Below, in pieces: positions 12,880-25,717 of a stretch of 64,000 bases of DNA. Every line of letters begins with the position of its first letter. Position 1 is the stretch's first letter. The DNA is taken from contig JAPEUD010000001.1 in NCBI GenBank assembly GCA_026026165.1, forward strand, positions 806,001-870,000, read 5' to 3'. Both the position numbers and the translations under genes were made by a program. Below the pieces are notes generated by a model. That model saw nothing but the letters and a program-made list of their open reading frames with translations. It searched no databases and was not told the DNA's origin. The DNA comes from Sarea resinae. Lineage: Eukaryota.

Positions 12880-15800
12880 GCTGGGTGCTGGTGACAGATA
12901 CGAGGAACGAGATAAAGAGGCAGGAAACAGGAATATCAACGATAGCCGCTCCACCCGAGCCGAGAGCAGCAGCCACCACCCTTGGTATGGGATGCAGTAA
13001 GATAGCAGGAAGAACCGATATCGTCCGTGCTAGAGTGAGGGGTCGTAGGGGGATCTTCTAGAAGAACGGCGCCGGTAGATCGACGTCAAGTTTATTGTGC
13101 GGCGCTGCAGTCTGTCGTTGGTCGAGGGCGAGGTCGAGATGTAATGCACACTGCACGGCGGGTAGGGGTGATTTCGTGCAGATGATCTTCTGCCAGGGTG
13201 GGTGAAAGATATCGCGAGGTCGAGTCGGAAGGAATCCAAGGACGGAAAGTCTAGGGCAATCGAAATGGGGGGCTTGCAGAGGAGGGGGGCAGGGAGGGAG
13301 GACGGGCGGAGAGTGGTGAGGAGACTATTGGGGGAATTTAGGGTCTCAGATGTTGCCCTTTCGGGTCGTTGAGAGGTCGGATACGAGCGGAGATAACTCC
13401 TGAGATAGAGTGATAATAACGAATGGTGGAAGGGGGTATCAAAATCAAGAAAAGACGCAGGGTCTTCGATAAGGACTGGGTACTGAAGTAGGGTCTGGTC
13501 TGGGCGATCGATAGTGGACAGCTTGGATAGCCTCGATAGCCTGGGTACGATAGAGGCGGCCGAATGCAGGATACAGGATACAGGCTTATTGGAATGATTC
13601 GAGATGCACTGGGATGATGGACAGTACTGATCCGTCTTGGCAAGGTGCAAGTACTCGGAGTATTCGACGCAGTGAAGTGCGGTGTTATAGGTGATGGCGA
13701 TGGTGAAGGTAAAGGTAAAGGGTGTATGGGCGGTAGAGACACTGGGCAAGCTCTCGAGTAGGTAGAGTACTACATACGTTAGGTATGGATGATGGATGAT
13801 GCCAAGTCTCGAGAGCGACGAGGCGTGAGTGGTGGAAACCTGCTGAGTAACCCCGTACGAAGGTACAAAGTACTGAAGTGCTGCGTGGAGGACGTAATAC
13901 TCCATACTCCATACTCCATACTCCATCCTCCATCCTCCATACTTAATACTTGGTACCCACCGTCCCCTGCGACCGTACCCTACCTTGCCGGACCCTGCCG
14001 TACCCTGCCTCCATTACCCTTGTCAGCGGTCTGTCGGTCTGCAGGCGTCGATAGGTGGTCAGTGTTGCTGGTCAGTGTTTGAGCCGATCAGCAATGGGCA
14101 CAATGGGGTCAGGATGGCCGTTGATTGGTGCCGAGCGGGGGATGTGCGAGTGGGGGGCGTCGGGTCCGTGTGTCTCTCCAAGGCTCCATCCGTCGTTCGG
14201 CCACTTTGCGACCCCAGTATGTAGAGTATTGATCCATGGTTGGAGTCACTACGAAGACTACCGGAGTAGCCTGGCCATGGCATTCTATCTCGAAGGTTTG
14301 TGGGAGATCCTCAGCTGAGCAATGTCTACAAGTCCATGCCGATCACTTTGCCCTCTTTTGCCCCTCGTCGGCTTCCTCTTCGAGGGGAGACGCGAGAGCA
14401 TCACCGAAAGCCTGACTGAGATGGACTTAGAGGTGCTCTGGTATAGGCAGCGTCCGAGGGGGAAGGGGTACTGTGATCAAAGTCTCGGTATAAGAATCAC
14501 AATCACACTGGAGCCCAAGTCTTGCACCTCGTGGAATCATGAATGGGAGATGATGTCAGATCCGGAGAGGAAGAGGAGCAAAACAGCCCAGAGGTATCAT
14601 GATCCTCATCGTCGTCCACCAGAATGACTTATCTCTGCGAGTCCTACCCTTCAAGCGACAGGGTCTCGAATACGACCACCACCACCACCACTACGACGGC
14701 ATCAACAATGCATCTAGCTCGCTCGTTGCCGTGTCGGTCCGCGCGCTGCCTCCGCGCTGCATCCAAGGTTCGACTCGACTCTACTCTAACCTGCCCTCCC
14801 TTGATAGTCTGATAGACCCTTATCCACTCCTAAGCCAGCCCACCGACTTCGTACATACCTCCACTACCCAACGGACCGGACCTTATGAGGGTAGACGGGA
14901 CGCCGATCCTGGAGACACTACGATACGGATAGCAGTAGACTTATCGATCATGATGTAGTCGCAGCATATATCACGGCTTCGTACCGTCGATAGAGGTCCT
15001 GTCTGCTAGCGGATGTTTCAGCGGACGGACAAGGGCGGGACGCCACATTCCACCTTAGCGACGACTCTCTGCTCTGTTGCGAAGGTTGCGAAGGTCGCTA
15101 TTTGTAGCAAGTAGGCTCCTACATACCGAGCATTCGTATGGAAGTATAGGCTGGAGCCAGGCAGGCAGGCAGGCAGCCATAGAGGTAGGCAGACCATGTA
15201 CGAAGGACCCGATGAGAACTGGACTGAAGGCCGAGACCCTCGTCTTGCGGGAGAGAGAAATGGGGAGAATAAATGGATTCGGTCGCAGAGTCAAACGGAG
15301 GCCAAGGCATGGGGAATCGATCATCCCTCTCCTCTCGGCCTCGAATGAGTCACATTGGCCGTGACTTCCTTAGACATTCAGTCAGTCACCGAAGTAATGT
15401 GCTCGCTCTGTTCGCTCGCCGCTCGCAGAAACGAGGCCAGGTCAGGCCGGAAGATCTAAGGATCAAGGTCAAGGTCGGTAGATGGCCCCGCCATGATTTG
15501 GAGGGAGCGCGAGCAAGACCACGGATCCATGGAGGGATGCGCAAAGGTAGTGAGTGAGGTACGCAACGAGAATACGCATCCTTTACCCTCTTTGCCTCTT
15601 TACCCTCAACATAGCCTCTGCTCCCTCCCCCCCCCTCCACACCGACCACCCCCCCTCCTCCTCCTCTCTCCCACACACCCACCATCTCGTCCACACGCAC
15701 ACCATCATCCTCGTCTTGACCCTCACGCGTCCCCCAGTCCATGCACGCGTCGATATGAGTGAGACCCTGTCCCAGATGTCCCAAGTGCTCGCAAATGCTC

Positions 15801-18055
15801 GCAAATGTCCCAGATTCCCCACCGACGAGTCAAGAGCCCCCTCAAGGACGTGATTCCCTGCAGTCGATGCAGCATGATGTAGCAAGATGCAGACTATTCG
15901 TAGAGGCAGCCGACCTCATAAAGCCAGGCGAGGTCCGCTGCCGCTGCGGCTGGACGAGTAGGAAAACCGAAATTCCATTGATCAAGATCACTTCCTACTA
16001 GGTAATTCGTCACTGTGCCTTGTGCCGCTGCAGCGAGTCGTCGTCGTCGTTGTCGTTGTTGTCTGGCTTTCCCATCTCGGATCTGCCACTCGACTCCATA
16101 CTTCTGCCTACATTACATGACCTTCCTGCTTCTGCTGCTGCATGCACGCACTTCCCATGCATGAGCAGAAGCCGCCGCCTTTCCTCAAGAGACTGTGCCC
16201 CGCTGAAGCGAACGGACACTGCTGCAAGCTACAGAGCAACGGTCGAATAATCCAAGAGATCTTCTCCAGGTACTCTCGCCATCCAGTCCAATAGACTCAC
16301 CGTCGTATCTACTTGGACACTTCGCCGACCGGAGAGCCCCAAGAGCGAAACGGCTCGCCTCACCTTATTCGTCAACCGCAACCTCACTTCAACTTTTTAC
16401 AATCATCGTTGCGTGCGATCTTCATCGTCGCCGTCCCCTCATACTGCTTGTCCATCAGGGTGAGCAATAGAGCTGGGCATCACCAAGACTATATCATCTC
16501 CTCTCGTCTCACCTCATCTCATCTCATCATTACCTAGCGACGTCGTCGTCGTCGTCGTCCTCGGTCGGATCAGCCCGATCGGATCCAGCGGTCTTCGACG
16601 AATTAAACGAACTGACCGCCGACCGCTTCTCGTTGGATCATCGCCGCGCGAAGCGACCCGACCCCATCGAAAGCATCTCCCCCCACCATCGTCATCAAGA
16701 TCACAGCCGGCATCGTCGTACAGCATATAGATTGCATCGATCGACTGTCGTCGCCTCCTTTCCTCTCTTCTCCCCGGTTACGATTCAGTGCGAATAACCC
16801 TTTGAGGCATTAAATGATCGTGCTTCAGCAAACAATCCCACGATATCGCTTAATCTACGACAAGCATCGCCTCATCGTTGGCGATTGCCTTGGACAGACG
16901 GCCTGAAGCATACTTTCGTCGAAACAAGATAGGCTTCGTACCAATCGAAGGCCTTGTCATTGTCGCTCCAAGCTTCTTGGCCGACAGCCTCTCCGATCAT
17001 TCGGTAAGTCGATGACTGCTTCCTATTGTCACTTGGTCCCATCTCGCCTCTTGCTTGGAGTCCTGGATACTCGAAAGAGTATCAAAGCTATTGTCGCCTA
17101 GCCGACAGGTGCGAGCACTCAGCCGGCCCTTTAAGATCGGGCCGTCGTTCCGGCATGAGATCTGCATTGCCTGGTAACCGGCCTGTGGTCGAGACCATTC
17201 ATTGGCAATGCCATGGTCAACACGGTAGACATCGTTATTCTGCAGCGTCTATCTGTTGAATTGTTCTATTGATATAACCACAACCGCTTTTCGGTGTCAG
17301 GCACTGCATGAGCCGGCAGCCTTGCAAGACTGCGCATCTCTGAGCTATCAGATCTAGGGAAGCTGACTGGCCTTGTGGATTAGGAACACCTGACTTCATC
17401 CTACCGAAGACGACTTCTAGTCAGCCTGGTCGCTGGCTCAGTCTCGCGTTGCCGAAAGCCAAAGACAACGGGAGTGACACATCTGAGCGTATCCGACTCA
17501 GTCTGTGCTTTCCAGTCGACACTGGTAAGTTATTTGCTACCCTACACAGCAAAGTCTTTTCAAACGACCATTCTAATTGAAGTTTCAGGGCATATATAAT
17601 AGGATCCAGGGGTGAAACTGCAAGCTCATATAGGACACCCCAATCCGCAGACGTCAAACCATTCCCAACATCACTCCGTCTCCGTTTACCATAATCACTT
17701 AGATCGCAAACATATCGATCGGGCAACTCAAAGCTCCTCTCCCGAGTCTCGTTTTCCGAGTCAGCCGAGAGCAGGCTATTTTCGTCCTAGGCTTTAGCCA
17801 CTCGGGTACCACCGAGCGGACGTTATTCGAAAGTTTCCAGAAAGGGTACCAGAAGGGCTTGGGGCTAGTTTATTCCAGATAGTTATGCCTGCACCAGGTA
17901 AATCTATCGATCTTGCATAGAGTTAGGCTTACTGACGATTTTCGGTATCAGCCGACACATCATTCGGGAACTTTTCATCTTTCACGGGCCGAAAACACAA
18001 AGAGCCGATAATCGAGTCTGACGAGGAGCTAGATATCTTTAATTCCAGTGGGAAT

Positions 18056-19807
18056 ATGGCCGGTACAGGCTCGCCACCTCCATTCATCAAAGACGAGCCA
18101 GAAGATCACCATTTCAACCCCAATCGATTCATGAGCCAACAAAATTACGGCATGTCTCAGCATCAATTTGGACAGAGCTTCGGTGCTCATGGGGACAACG
18201 GCAGTATTGACCCTTCCGAGCTGAGTATGCATGGTGAACTATCATCGATGCAAAATAACAACTATGTCCAATTTCCTTTCGGCTCCCAACAAAACATGTC
18301 ATCAAGTTTTAACATGGGCAACTCCGGCATCGCAGATGATGAACTTCTAGATCTGGGTGATTTGGACGACCCGCATGGCGCATCGGCCGGCTTTCAAAGC
18401 GAGCAGCAAGGCTTTGGTGGGAATGCAAACAACGTGCCTCGTGGAGGCCAAGGCTCAGACATGTTCTCTGGTAATAATCATGGAGCTTCGATGCCAATCA
18501 ATACACAAAACCAGATGGGCCAGGTATTCTCCGCTACGCCGGACGGCGGTCCCATCCAGAGTCCCTTTATCCAGGGAAACTTCAACTACGATCAGTTCCG
18601 ACAGATCCAGCCTCAGCAGCAGAACTTTGGAGCTGCAGTACAAACTCCTTCGTCCTACAATGCCTCACCTCGCATGCGACCACCTTTTGACGACATCAAC
18701 AATGGATCGTTCGAAAACGGCTATCTGAACGGTCGGCCGAGAGCCAGCGCTCGTCAAGGACTTGATAGGCAGGCGTCCGATTCTAGAAGTCCTATAACAC
18801 CGAAGACACCTGGACTCAGTGGCTTGAATCTTGACACACCAGAGTCTGGTAGTTTTCCTGCCCAGCCAATGATTACTCATCATCTTGGACACCGCCATCA
18901 AAAAAGTCTGTCGAATCAATGGGACAGTACTCCAGGCAGTGGCCATTCTTATGTGGACTCTCCCCTCTCCTCCCCGGGACAGCAATCACATCACGTTGGG
19001 ATATCAGAGATACTCAAGTCTGGCCAGCACGCCTCTCTTCCCGCCAAGGTGGACCACCACGGCGGAACGGGTAGAGCAGATGAAAAACGCCGTAGGAGGC
19101 GAGAATCCCATAATATGGTTGAGCGCCGTCGTCGCGACAATATCAACGAGCGTATCCAGGAGCTATCTCATCTCGTACCTCAGCATCGTTTGGAAGACGA
19201 GAAGATACGAAAGCATCTTGTCAATAATTCGCCCCTCTCTCCGAGCGTTGGCTCGAGCGGTATTTCGCCTCCTCAGGCGACTTCCTTGCTCGCTGGCGGT
19301 GCCGGCAAGCGGGCTGCTGGAAACATCACTCAGGGCATTCCTCCCGATGAGAAGGACAAGGGCCCAAACAAAGGCGATATTCTCAACGGCGCCGTGAGCT
19401 GGACTCGGGACCTGATGTGGGCTTTGCATGTAAAGATGCAGCAAGAGACCGAATTGGCCGATTATATCGTGTCTCTTGGGGGCACCTTTCCATTCGAACA
19501 GACTGAAGAGGACAAGCGTATGCGCACAGAATTGATGGATTCACTGGAAAAGAATGGTCCTCAAAACTTTGCTTACTCGAGAGGCCCTGGAAGCGGCTTG
19601 AGGGTTCCGAAGCATACCAATATCTCAGGCGATCCATCCAATAATCCCATGTCTCCTCAAAGCTTGAGTCCAGCCAACCAGAGCAGTGCATCCAACAGTG
19701 TTGGCCAGGGTCCGCCACAATTTTGGGGCGGTATGAACAACGGAAGCAGCGGCCGTGGGTCGATGAGCTTCAAGGAAGAGGGAGAGTTCGGAATGGACAT
19801 GAATTAG
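18056..19807 (+). CDS. bHLH transcription factor, Rtg3/MITF-like (Aspergillus 'GlcD gamma'-type)
   Basis: RRRRESHNMVERRRRDNINERIQELSHLVP, long loop, PNKGDILNGAVSW. Gln/Asn/Ser-rich N-terminus; 583-aa uninterrupted ORF. Probable 5'UTR intron 17898-17951. Confidence 0.85.
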   Translation: MAGTGSPPPFIKDEPEDHHFNPNRFMSQQNYGMSQHQFGQSFGAHGDNGSIDPSELSMHGELSSMQNNNYVQFPFGSQQNMSSSFNMGNSGIADDELLDLGDLDDPHGASAGFQSEQQGFGGNANNVPRGGQGSDMFSGNNHGASMPINTQNQMGQVFSATPDGGPIQSPFIQGNFNYDQFRQIQPQQQNFGAAVQTPSSYNASPRMRPPFDDINNGSFENGYLNGRPRASARQGLDRQASDSRSPITPKTPGLSGLNLDTPESGSFPAQPMITHHLGHRHQKSLSNQWDSTPGSGHSYVDSPLSSPGQQSHHVGISEILKSGQHASLPAKVDHHGGTGRADEKRRRRRESHNMVERRRRDNINERIQELSHLVPQHRLEDEKIRKHLVNNSPLSPSVGSSGISPPQATSLLAGGAGKRAAGNITQGIPPDEKDKGPNKGDILNGAVSWTRDLMWALHVKMQQETELADYIVSLGGTFPFEQTEEDKRMRTELMDSLEKNGPQNFAYSRGPGSGLRVPKHTNISGDPSNNPMSPQSLSPANQSSASNSVGQGPPQFWGGMNNGSSGRGSMSFKEEGEFGMDMN

Positions 19808-20569
19808 CTTGAGGCATCTCATCGACAGCAATGGTTTCTTTGATGTTGTTGCTACCCTATCCAATCGACAGACACATTGCATCGGCGGATAGAGGCGCAA
19901 GGTGGCGTTCTAGGATATCAGCTGCACCTTGCTGGTTGCAGTACAGCTGCCAAAGGACGCCGGGACAGGGAACGGACCCAAAGTCCATGTCAACTAGGGG
20001 TGTTGTTTCTGACATTTAATTGCTCTATTCTTTTGTCATTCCCTGGTCTTTTCGGATACCTCTCCAGGCTTCCTCTTTTCCAACTCGTCACAATTCATTT
20101 CTCAATTCTCTAGGCGTTTTCACTTGCATAATTCTGGACAGCTCTGATGTCCTTTCTGATCGGTGGCGTCTGTTTACCCTCTCATGTGTCTTTTTTTATC
20201 GTTTCGATTACCCATGGGTTTGGCGCACATTTAGGCTTCTAGGGAGGCTGGCTGGCTAGGATCTCTTTTCTTCTTTTGCTTTTGCATCGGCATTTGCTGT
20301 GTGGTTTTCTCTTTCGCCTCTTATAATACGGCAGATTTTCTCTTTCCCGATTGTCTGTCTATATCCATGTGAGGTTATTCTCTTGTTTTTCGCTATCTAG
20401 TAGCTGGCTCGACTTGAGCTCAATGACACCGCTTTTATACATGAAATTCGATCGCTTTTGCCTCCTGAAGTATCCGTACTGCGTATCCCTCCCCGTCTCA
20501 CTCTCGCGGACTGCCTTCCTACCTCTTTCTCCAGCTCCTCTCCCCACTCAACCACTCAGCCACATCAGT

Positions 20570-21313
20570 TCATTCAACAAACAAGCCATTCTTCCGATGC
20601 CAGCCCTCGAGACTGGTCTCGCCGTAAAACTCGTGGACGGACTTGTCGCCCTCGGGCCAGCGCACCCAGTCGGGCTTCGAGCCGCCCATGACGCACACCA
20701 TGCGCGGCGGTGCCGGCAGCTCGGTGTCGACGCTCGAGGCGAACGGGTGGATCAGCTCGGGCCATTGCGCGTCCCAGAGCCAGAGCATGGTGCTACACTC
20801 GCTGCAGAAGGACCGCTGGGAACTGCATCGCGTCGCCTGCGGTGTGCCTTGGTCTTTGGTCGCCGTGTATTTCCTGTGTTTGTTAATTCGTTATTATGGA
20901 GGTGGGGATGGAGATGGAGATGGAGCTGGATGGAGCTAGATGGAGCTGGAAGCCAAATCGACCAGGTACGGCAACAACAACAACAACAACTTACTTGATC
21001 AGTTCTTCGCCCTTCTTGATCTTGAGGCTGGCGCTGATGCCGCCGAGGTTCACGCTGCCGCTGTAGCCGCCGACTTTGCGGCAGATGCCGCAGGCGCAGA
21101 GCTGGTATGGCACCGGCGTGTGCGAGAGCACGCTGTATTCGACCCCGCCGCATTGGCAGCTGCCGTGCAGTTGCCTGTGTTGGTGGGGCAAGGAAAGGAG
21201 GTCAGTTTTTGCTTGTGGGCGTGTTTGGGTTGCTTGGTTGGTTGGGGTTGGGTTGGGTAAGGGGCAGGAGGGGGAGAGGGAGGGGGAGAGGAAGGGCGCG
21301 CATACATTGGCAT
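20570..21313 (-). CDS. GFA/CENP-V (Mss4-like) zinc-binding protein, 3 exons
   Basis: 8-nt first exon ATGCCAAT|gtatgc spliced to give MPMQLHGSCQCG. Then CACGICRK and RSFCSECST: the GxCxC / CxCxxC / FCxxC pattern of the GFA family. Confidence 0.85.
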
Positions 21314-21927
21314 GATGGATGATGGATGATGGATAGATAATGTTTCAGTAGATGGTGGTGGTGGTGCTGGTGCTGGTGCAATTGACTATGAGAGTCGGCG
21401 TGGAGGAGTGAAGAGTGAAGAAGGGCGGCCTGGGAACGATCACGCTGACGTCGGTTGCGCTGCCGGCGATAAGGGAGGTAGCCGAGCAGCGAGAGCGCGC
21501 GCCTTGTACTCATGCACCCTATGTATTCTACAGGCTACCATTTATGTGTGGCGTACTCTATGATTCATCATACGGGAGCATTGGGAAGATCATTGCTTTA
21601 TATTGGACTATGTTGGATTTTGGAGGAGTGTTTCCTCTGGAGATGTCCATGCTCGAAGAGGATCATATCATGATCCCGCGGAGGCGGGGCGGGATAGTTG
21701 CTGGCGGGTCGACGCTGCGGGAGGATTAGGATGACTAATGTACTGCAGTCAGGTGGCGGAGCGGCAACGGGAAAACGTATTTGCGAAAAACCCGCTCCAT
21801 CATCGATCTCGCATTGCTCTCCAGGCTATTAGCTACCGTATCATTCTATCGTTTGGATCAACCTTGGAAGTCAGCTCAGACAGTCAATACCTTCACACCA
21901 AACAGTGAAACAACGAAGTTCGGAAAC

Positions 21928-22475
21928 ATGAGTTTCGGAGCACCTCCCGGTCAGATCAACACGAAACCCATTCCGTGAGTGCCTCTTCTCCAAACCTCGG
22001 TGGTGCAATTCGTGTGTGCAGCAGCGGCTCATAGGTGGACATGTTGCAGACCCGAGAGAGGCAGTTTTCCTCTGGACCATGATGGTATGAGAGCAACAGC
22101 GAACTCGGACGCCTGAGAAGGCCAAGCTGACCCTGCTGGGTGCTGATTAGGAGAGTGCAAGCCTGTCATGGCTGATTACCTTCGCTGCCTGCGCCGCATG
22201 CGAGGCCAGAATGACCCCGAGTGTCGCACGCTGGCGAAATCGTACCTGAAATGTCGCATGGATCAGTACGTGTCGCGGCCATAGAGCCAATGTTCTTTTT
22301 GCGAGAAGAGATCGATGGGGACGCATTGCTGACTGTTTGCAGCAATCTCATGGCTCAGGACGAGATGAGGAATTTGGGATTTGCAGAGGACAAGGTTGGA
22401 GGCGGCGCCGCGACCAAGGGTGCGAGCGCGACGACGACCAATACGAATACGAATGCAAATACTAGCAATCGATAA
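21928..22475 (+). CDS. COX19: Cytochrome c oxidase assembly protein Cox19 (twin CX9C), 4 exons
   Basis: MSFGAPPG...PIP|PERGSFPLDHD|GECKPVMADYLRCLRR...ECRTLAKSYLKCRMD|HNLMAQDEMRNLGF. Twin CX9C; stop TAA 22473-22475. Confidence 0.95.
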
Positions 22476-22906
22476 CGAAGCCAAAGGCAGAATGGGTGTA
22501 TATATTGTGCCCAGGTGCATGTATAGCTTCGGGATAGGATTGATCCAATGGATCAGGAGGCAAGCATGAAAAGGCGTCCGGAGCATCTGTAGCATTGGGT
22601 CGAAAGGCGTCTGCCGCCTCTGTATTAAATATTCCTCCCAGAATGAACCGTCGTATAATCCTTTCTGTTAGAACAAGTAAAACCATCATCATCTTTGGGT
22701 CTATCCGGGTCAAACGTGAAAACGCGGTAGAGACAGGTCTGGCCGGATCTTCCCCGGATTGACGAGCCTAAGTCGGCCTTGTTGATAACGGGCGCATCAT
22801 CTCAACAACACAACATCAATGCGCCCGGCTCTCCCCCCCAACGCCATGGAATCACACGTCCAGAGCTCTCGGAACGGGTGAGATACAATCATCAAATCTT
22901 TGAACC

Positions 22907-25717
22907 ATGCCCTCGGCATCTGCATCTCCTCCGCCGAATCCTTGCCTTGTGGCAGTCCTCCTGGTCGTCAAGTCCCGCGCAGGCCCCCGTTTCGTCTTCC
23001 ACTACCCGCCACACACGCGCGAGGACGGCTCAAGCAGCCAGAAGGGTAGCTCGAATCGCGCGTATGGCACGGCCTCCTCGCGGAGCGACGAGTCCTCTGA
23101 TTCCAGCTCGGATCAGGACTGGAGCTCTTCCGACGACGACTTTGCCCGGAATCCGGCCAAGCGCGCCGACCTGAGCGATGCGGATCGCAGCACACGTGGT
23201 GGTAACCGGGCCAGCAAGCGGTCCCGCAATCCAGACGATGACGAGGACGACGACTCGAGCTCCGGCAGCGAGAAGAGGGGCGATCTGAGGCCCGAGTGGG
23301 AGAAAATGCTGGGCTTCAGTACCGATGGCCTCGAGAAGATCCTGAGTCCCGATCGGGCGTTTCATAAGAAGAGATTTGAGCTCAGTCTGGATCCATTGGT
23401 CTTTGTGGGGTGTCCGATGTTTATCCGTGAGGATGGCCGGTGGATGAAGAAGAAGCCGAAGAGGAAGCGCAAGGGAAAGGAGAAGGGGGGTCGCAAGGAT
23501 AAGGCGTCGAATGCGCATGATACGGATGAAGGAGAGGGCGGTGTTGTCGATGGACTCAGAGAGGAAGATGGCGATGGCATCGAGGGCAAGAACACGGGAT
23601 CCGACTACGAGTCCGCTGGTGATGGTGATGAGGGGGTGCAGGAAGACGACGATATCAAGAGCACATCTACAAACGGTGGCGCAGCAAACTCCATGACCAT
23701 GTTCCACGTCGTCTTCGTGCTCAATCCGTCGATGCTGGAATACCAACTCCGAGTTCGAGACATGTATGACCATGTGGCCAAGAAGATCGCCAAGGTTCTG
23801 AAATACGAACAGGCAGCCTCCAATTACGTCTGGAAGGAAAGTCTGTCCATCCTATCGATGAAAGAAAAGGCCAAAGAAGCCGGGACACCCCAGAGCACCC
23901 TCTGGCAAAACATCCTCTATCATTCCAGTCTCGCGACCGCCATAAGCACAATCTACAAATCCATCTCCACATCCAAGATCGCACATATTCTGATTGATTC
24001 CTCGTTCGACACCTCGCTGCAAATCCCCCAACAGACGTCCACCGCGACCGTGCCCACGCCATCCGAACCACAGATCCCAGGCCTCTGGCTCACGACGGCC
24101 GACTACTCGAACCCGACAACAACCTCCCTACCGCACCCTACCGCCCTCAGTGCAACACACCCGTCCTCGCCCACCGCCACCGCCTCCGCCTCCGCTGCCC
24201 ACACGACCCCCAACGCAACCGACCCTCCCCTGCTTAGCCCGCACTTTGCCCTCCTCTTCCTGACCCCACCCGCCCATCTCCTGAAAGACATCTCATCGGA
24301 CAGCACCAAGGACCTCTCGGGAGCGCTAGCCCACTACATCCGGGTGTCACGACCGACTCTCTCCTTTGCCCAGATCAGCACCGCCCATTCGATCCCGCTC
24401 CCAGACATCCAGTTCCTCGCGCGGCACCTGATCTACTGGCGGCGGGCGCGCGCCATCCCGCCGTTGCACCAGCGCGACACCTACATTGTGAGCCCCAATG
24501 CCGACATGGCGTCGCTGCCCGCGGCGGCAGCCGCCTACGCCGCCGCGTTCCCCACCATGCCCGCCCTGCCCAAGATGCTCTCCATGCTGTCGTCCGGCAC
24601 GCCGAAACCCTTCTTCGCCGTCATCCCCAGCAAGGACCACCGGCCCGCGTATCTGGAGGTGCTGGCCTGGCTGCTGCGCGGCGGCTGGGTCACGCAGTTG
24701 CGCACCTTTGCCTGGGTCCGCGTGCCCGCCTCCATCAAGCGCGTCGTGGCCTTGCAGTTGGCGAGGGAGGCTGCCGCCGCCGCCGCCGCATCCTCCTCTT
24801 CGGCTGAGAGAGACCACCAGCACGGGAAATATCTCCCGCAGTCGAGGACGGCGGACTCGTCGAGGCCGTCGACAGGCAATTCGTCCACTGTGACTGCAAC
24901 GCGCGATAACCCCTCGGCCGCCAACCTGAACGGAGATGGTGGTGCTAATGAAGAGGGAGGCCGCGGGGCCGGGGACGACGCGAATGGTCATGCTCAAGAG
25001 AAGGACCACGGCTGCCCACAAGGCAATATAGCAGACGACCCCTCATCCTCGCCCTCGCCCGCAAAACCAACACAACCATCCCCATCACCAAGCCGCCCAT
25101 CCACCAGCACCTCCCTATCCCGACCAGCCGGACCCACCGCCTTTACCACCACCTCCACTACTTCCACTTCCACCGCCCCCACAACGCCGACCACCCCGAC
25201 CACCCCGACAACCGCAACACCAGCCATACCCACCATCTCGACCTCGACGCCCTCGATCATCCTGAACCCGCACAAGGCCAACGCGCTCGAGAGCCGGTAC
25301 CTGGACGCCATCACGGCGCATCTGGCCGCCAACAGGACCGCCAACACCGCCAACATCAACGCCAACAACGCCATCGCCAACACCGCGGTACCAACCAAAC
25401 CCGCCTTATCATCTCCCCCTCCCCCTCACCCTCCTTCCCCCACCCAGCCCTCTGCCCCTGCCCCCGCCACCTCTACAACCACAAACACAACCAAAACCCC
25501 TCCCGCTCCCCCTTCCCCTCCCCCTCCCCTCTCCACCACCACACCACCACCCCCGCCGTCCCTAAGCACCCACTGGCGCACCTTCACGCCCTACTTCGAC
25601 GGCGCGCACGCGCTGGAGGAGATCGCGGCCCGCGAGGCCATCAAGCGCAAGGAGGTCTGGCGCCTCCTCGCCGCGTTTGAGAATGAGGGCTTTTTGGTCG
25701 TCGTGAGACATTGGTGA
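22907..25717 (+). CDS. NPR3: Nitrogen permease regulator 3 (SEACIT/GATOR1 subunit)
   Basis: N-terminal LVAVLLVVKSRAGPRFVFHYP, KKRFELSLDPLVFVG, FHVVFVLNP, KYEQAASNYV, HLIYWRRARAIPPL, C-terminal YFDGAHALEEI...VVRHW. 936-aa ORF. Confidence 0.93.
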   Translation: MPSASASPPPNPCLVAVLLVVKSRAGPRFVFHYPPHTREDGSSSQKGSSNRAYGTASSRSDESSDSSSDQDWSSSDDDFARNPAKRADLSDADRSTRGGNRASKRSRNPDDDEDDDSSSGSEKRGDLRPEWEKMLGFSTDGLEKILSPDRAFHKKRFELSLDPLVFVGCPMFIREDGRWMKKKPKRKRKGKEKGGRKDKASNAHDTDEGEGGVVDGLREEDGDGIEGKNTGSDYESAGDGDEGVQEDDDIKSTSTNGGAANSMTMFHVVFVLNPSMLEYQLRVRDMYDHVAKKIAKVLKYEQAASNYVWKESLSILSMKEKAKEAGTPQSTLWQNILYHSSLATAISTIYKSISTSKIAHILIDSSFDTSLQIPQQTSTATVPTPSEPQIPGLWLTTADYSNPTTTSLPHPTALSATHPSSPTATASASAAHTTPNATDPPLLSPHFALLFLTPPAHLLKDISSDSTKDLSGALAHYIRVSRPTLSFAQISTAHSIPLPDIQFLARHLIYWRRARAIPPLHQRDTYIVSPNADMASLPAAAAAYAAAFPTMPALPKMLSMLSSGTPKPFFAVIPSKDHRPAYLEVLAWLLRGGWVTQLRTFAWVRVPASIKRVVALQLAREAAAAAAASSSSAERDHQHGKYLPQSRTADSSRPSTGNSSTVTATRDNPSAANLNGDGGANEEGGRGAGDDANGHAQEKDHGCPQGNIADDPSSSPSPAKPTQPSPSPSRPSTSTSLSRPAGPTAFTTTSTTSTSTAPTTPTTPTTPTTATPAIPTISTSTPSIILNPHKANALESRYLDAITAHLAANRTANTANINANNAIANTAVPTKPALSSPPPPHPPSPTQPSAPAPATSTTTNTTKTPPAPPSPPPPLSTTTPPPPPSLSTHWRTFTPYFDGAHALEEIAAREAIKRKEVWRLLAAFENEGFLVVVRHW

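Noticed and set aside
13030..13926. 298-aa minus-strand ORF upstream of SFT2
   Set aside because: Starts inside a heptamer repeat, has low-complexity composition and no motif. Probably SFT2 leader or promoter.
22628..22692. ATATTCCT...AAACCAT, spaced like the m1/m2 motifs of snR30/U17 snoRNA
   Set aside because: No ACA box after m2, no closing basal stem, and m1 is imperfect. It lies in the short COX19-NPR3 gap.
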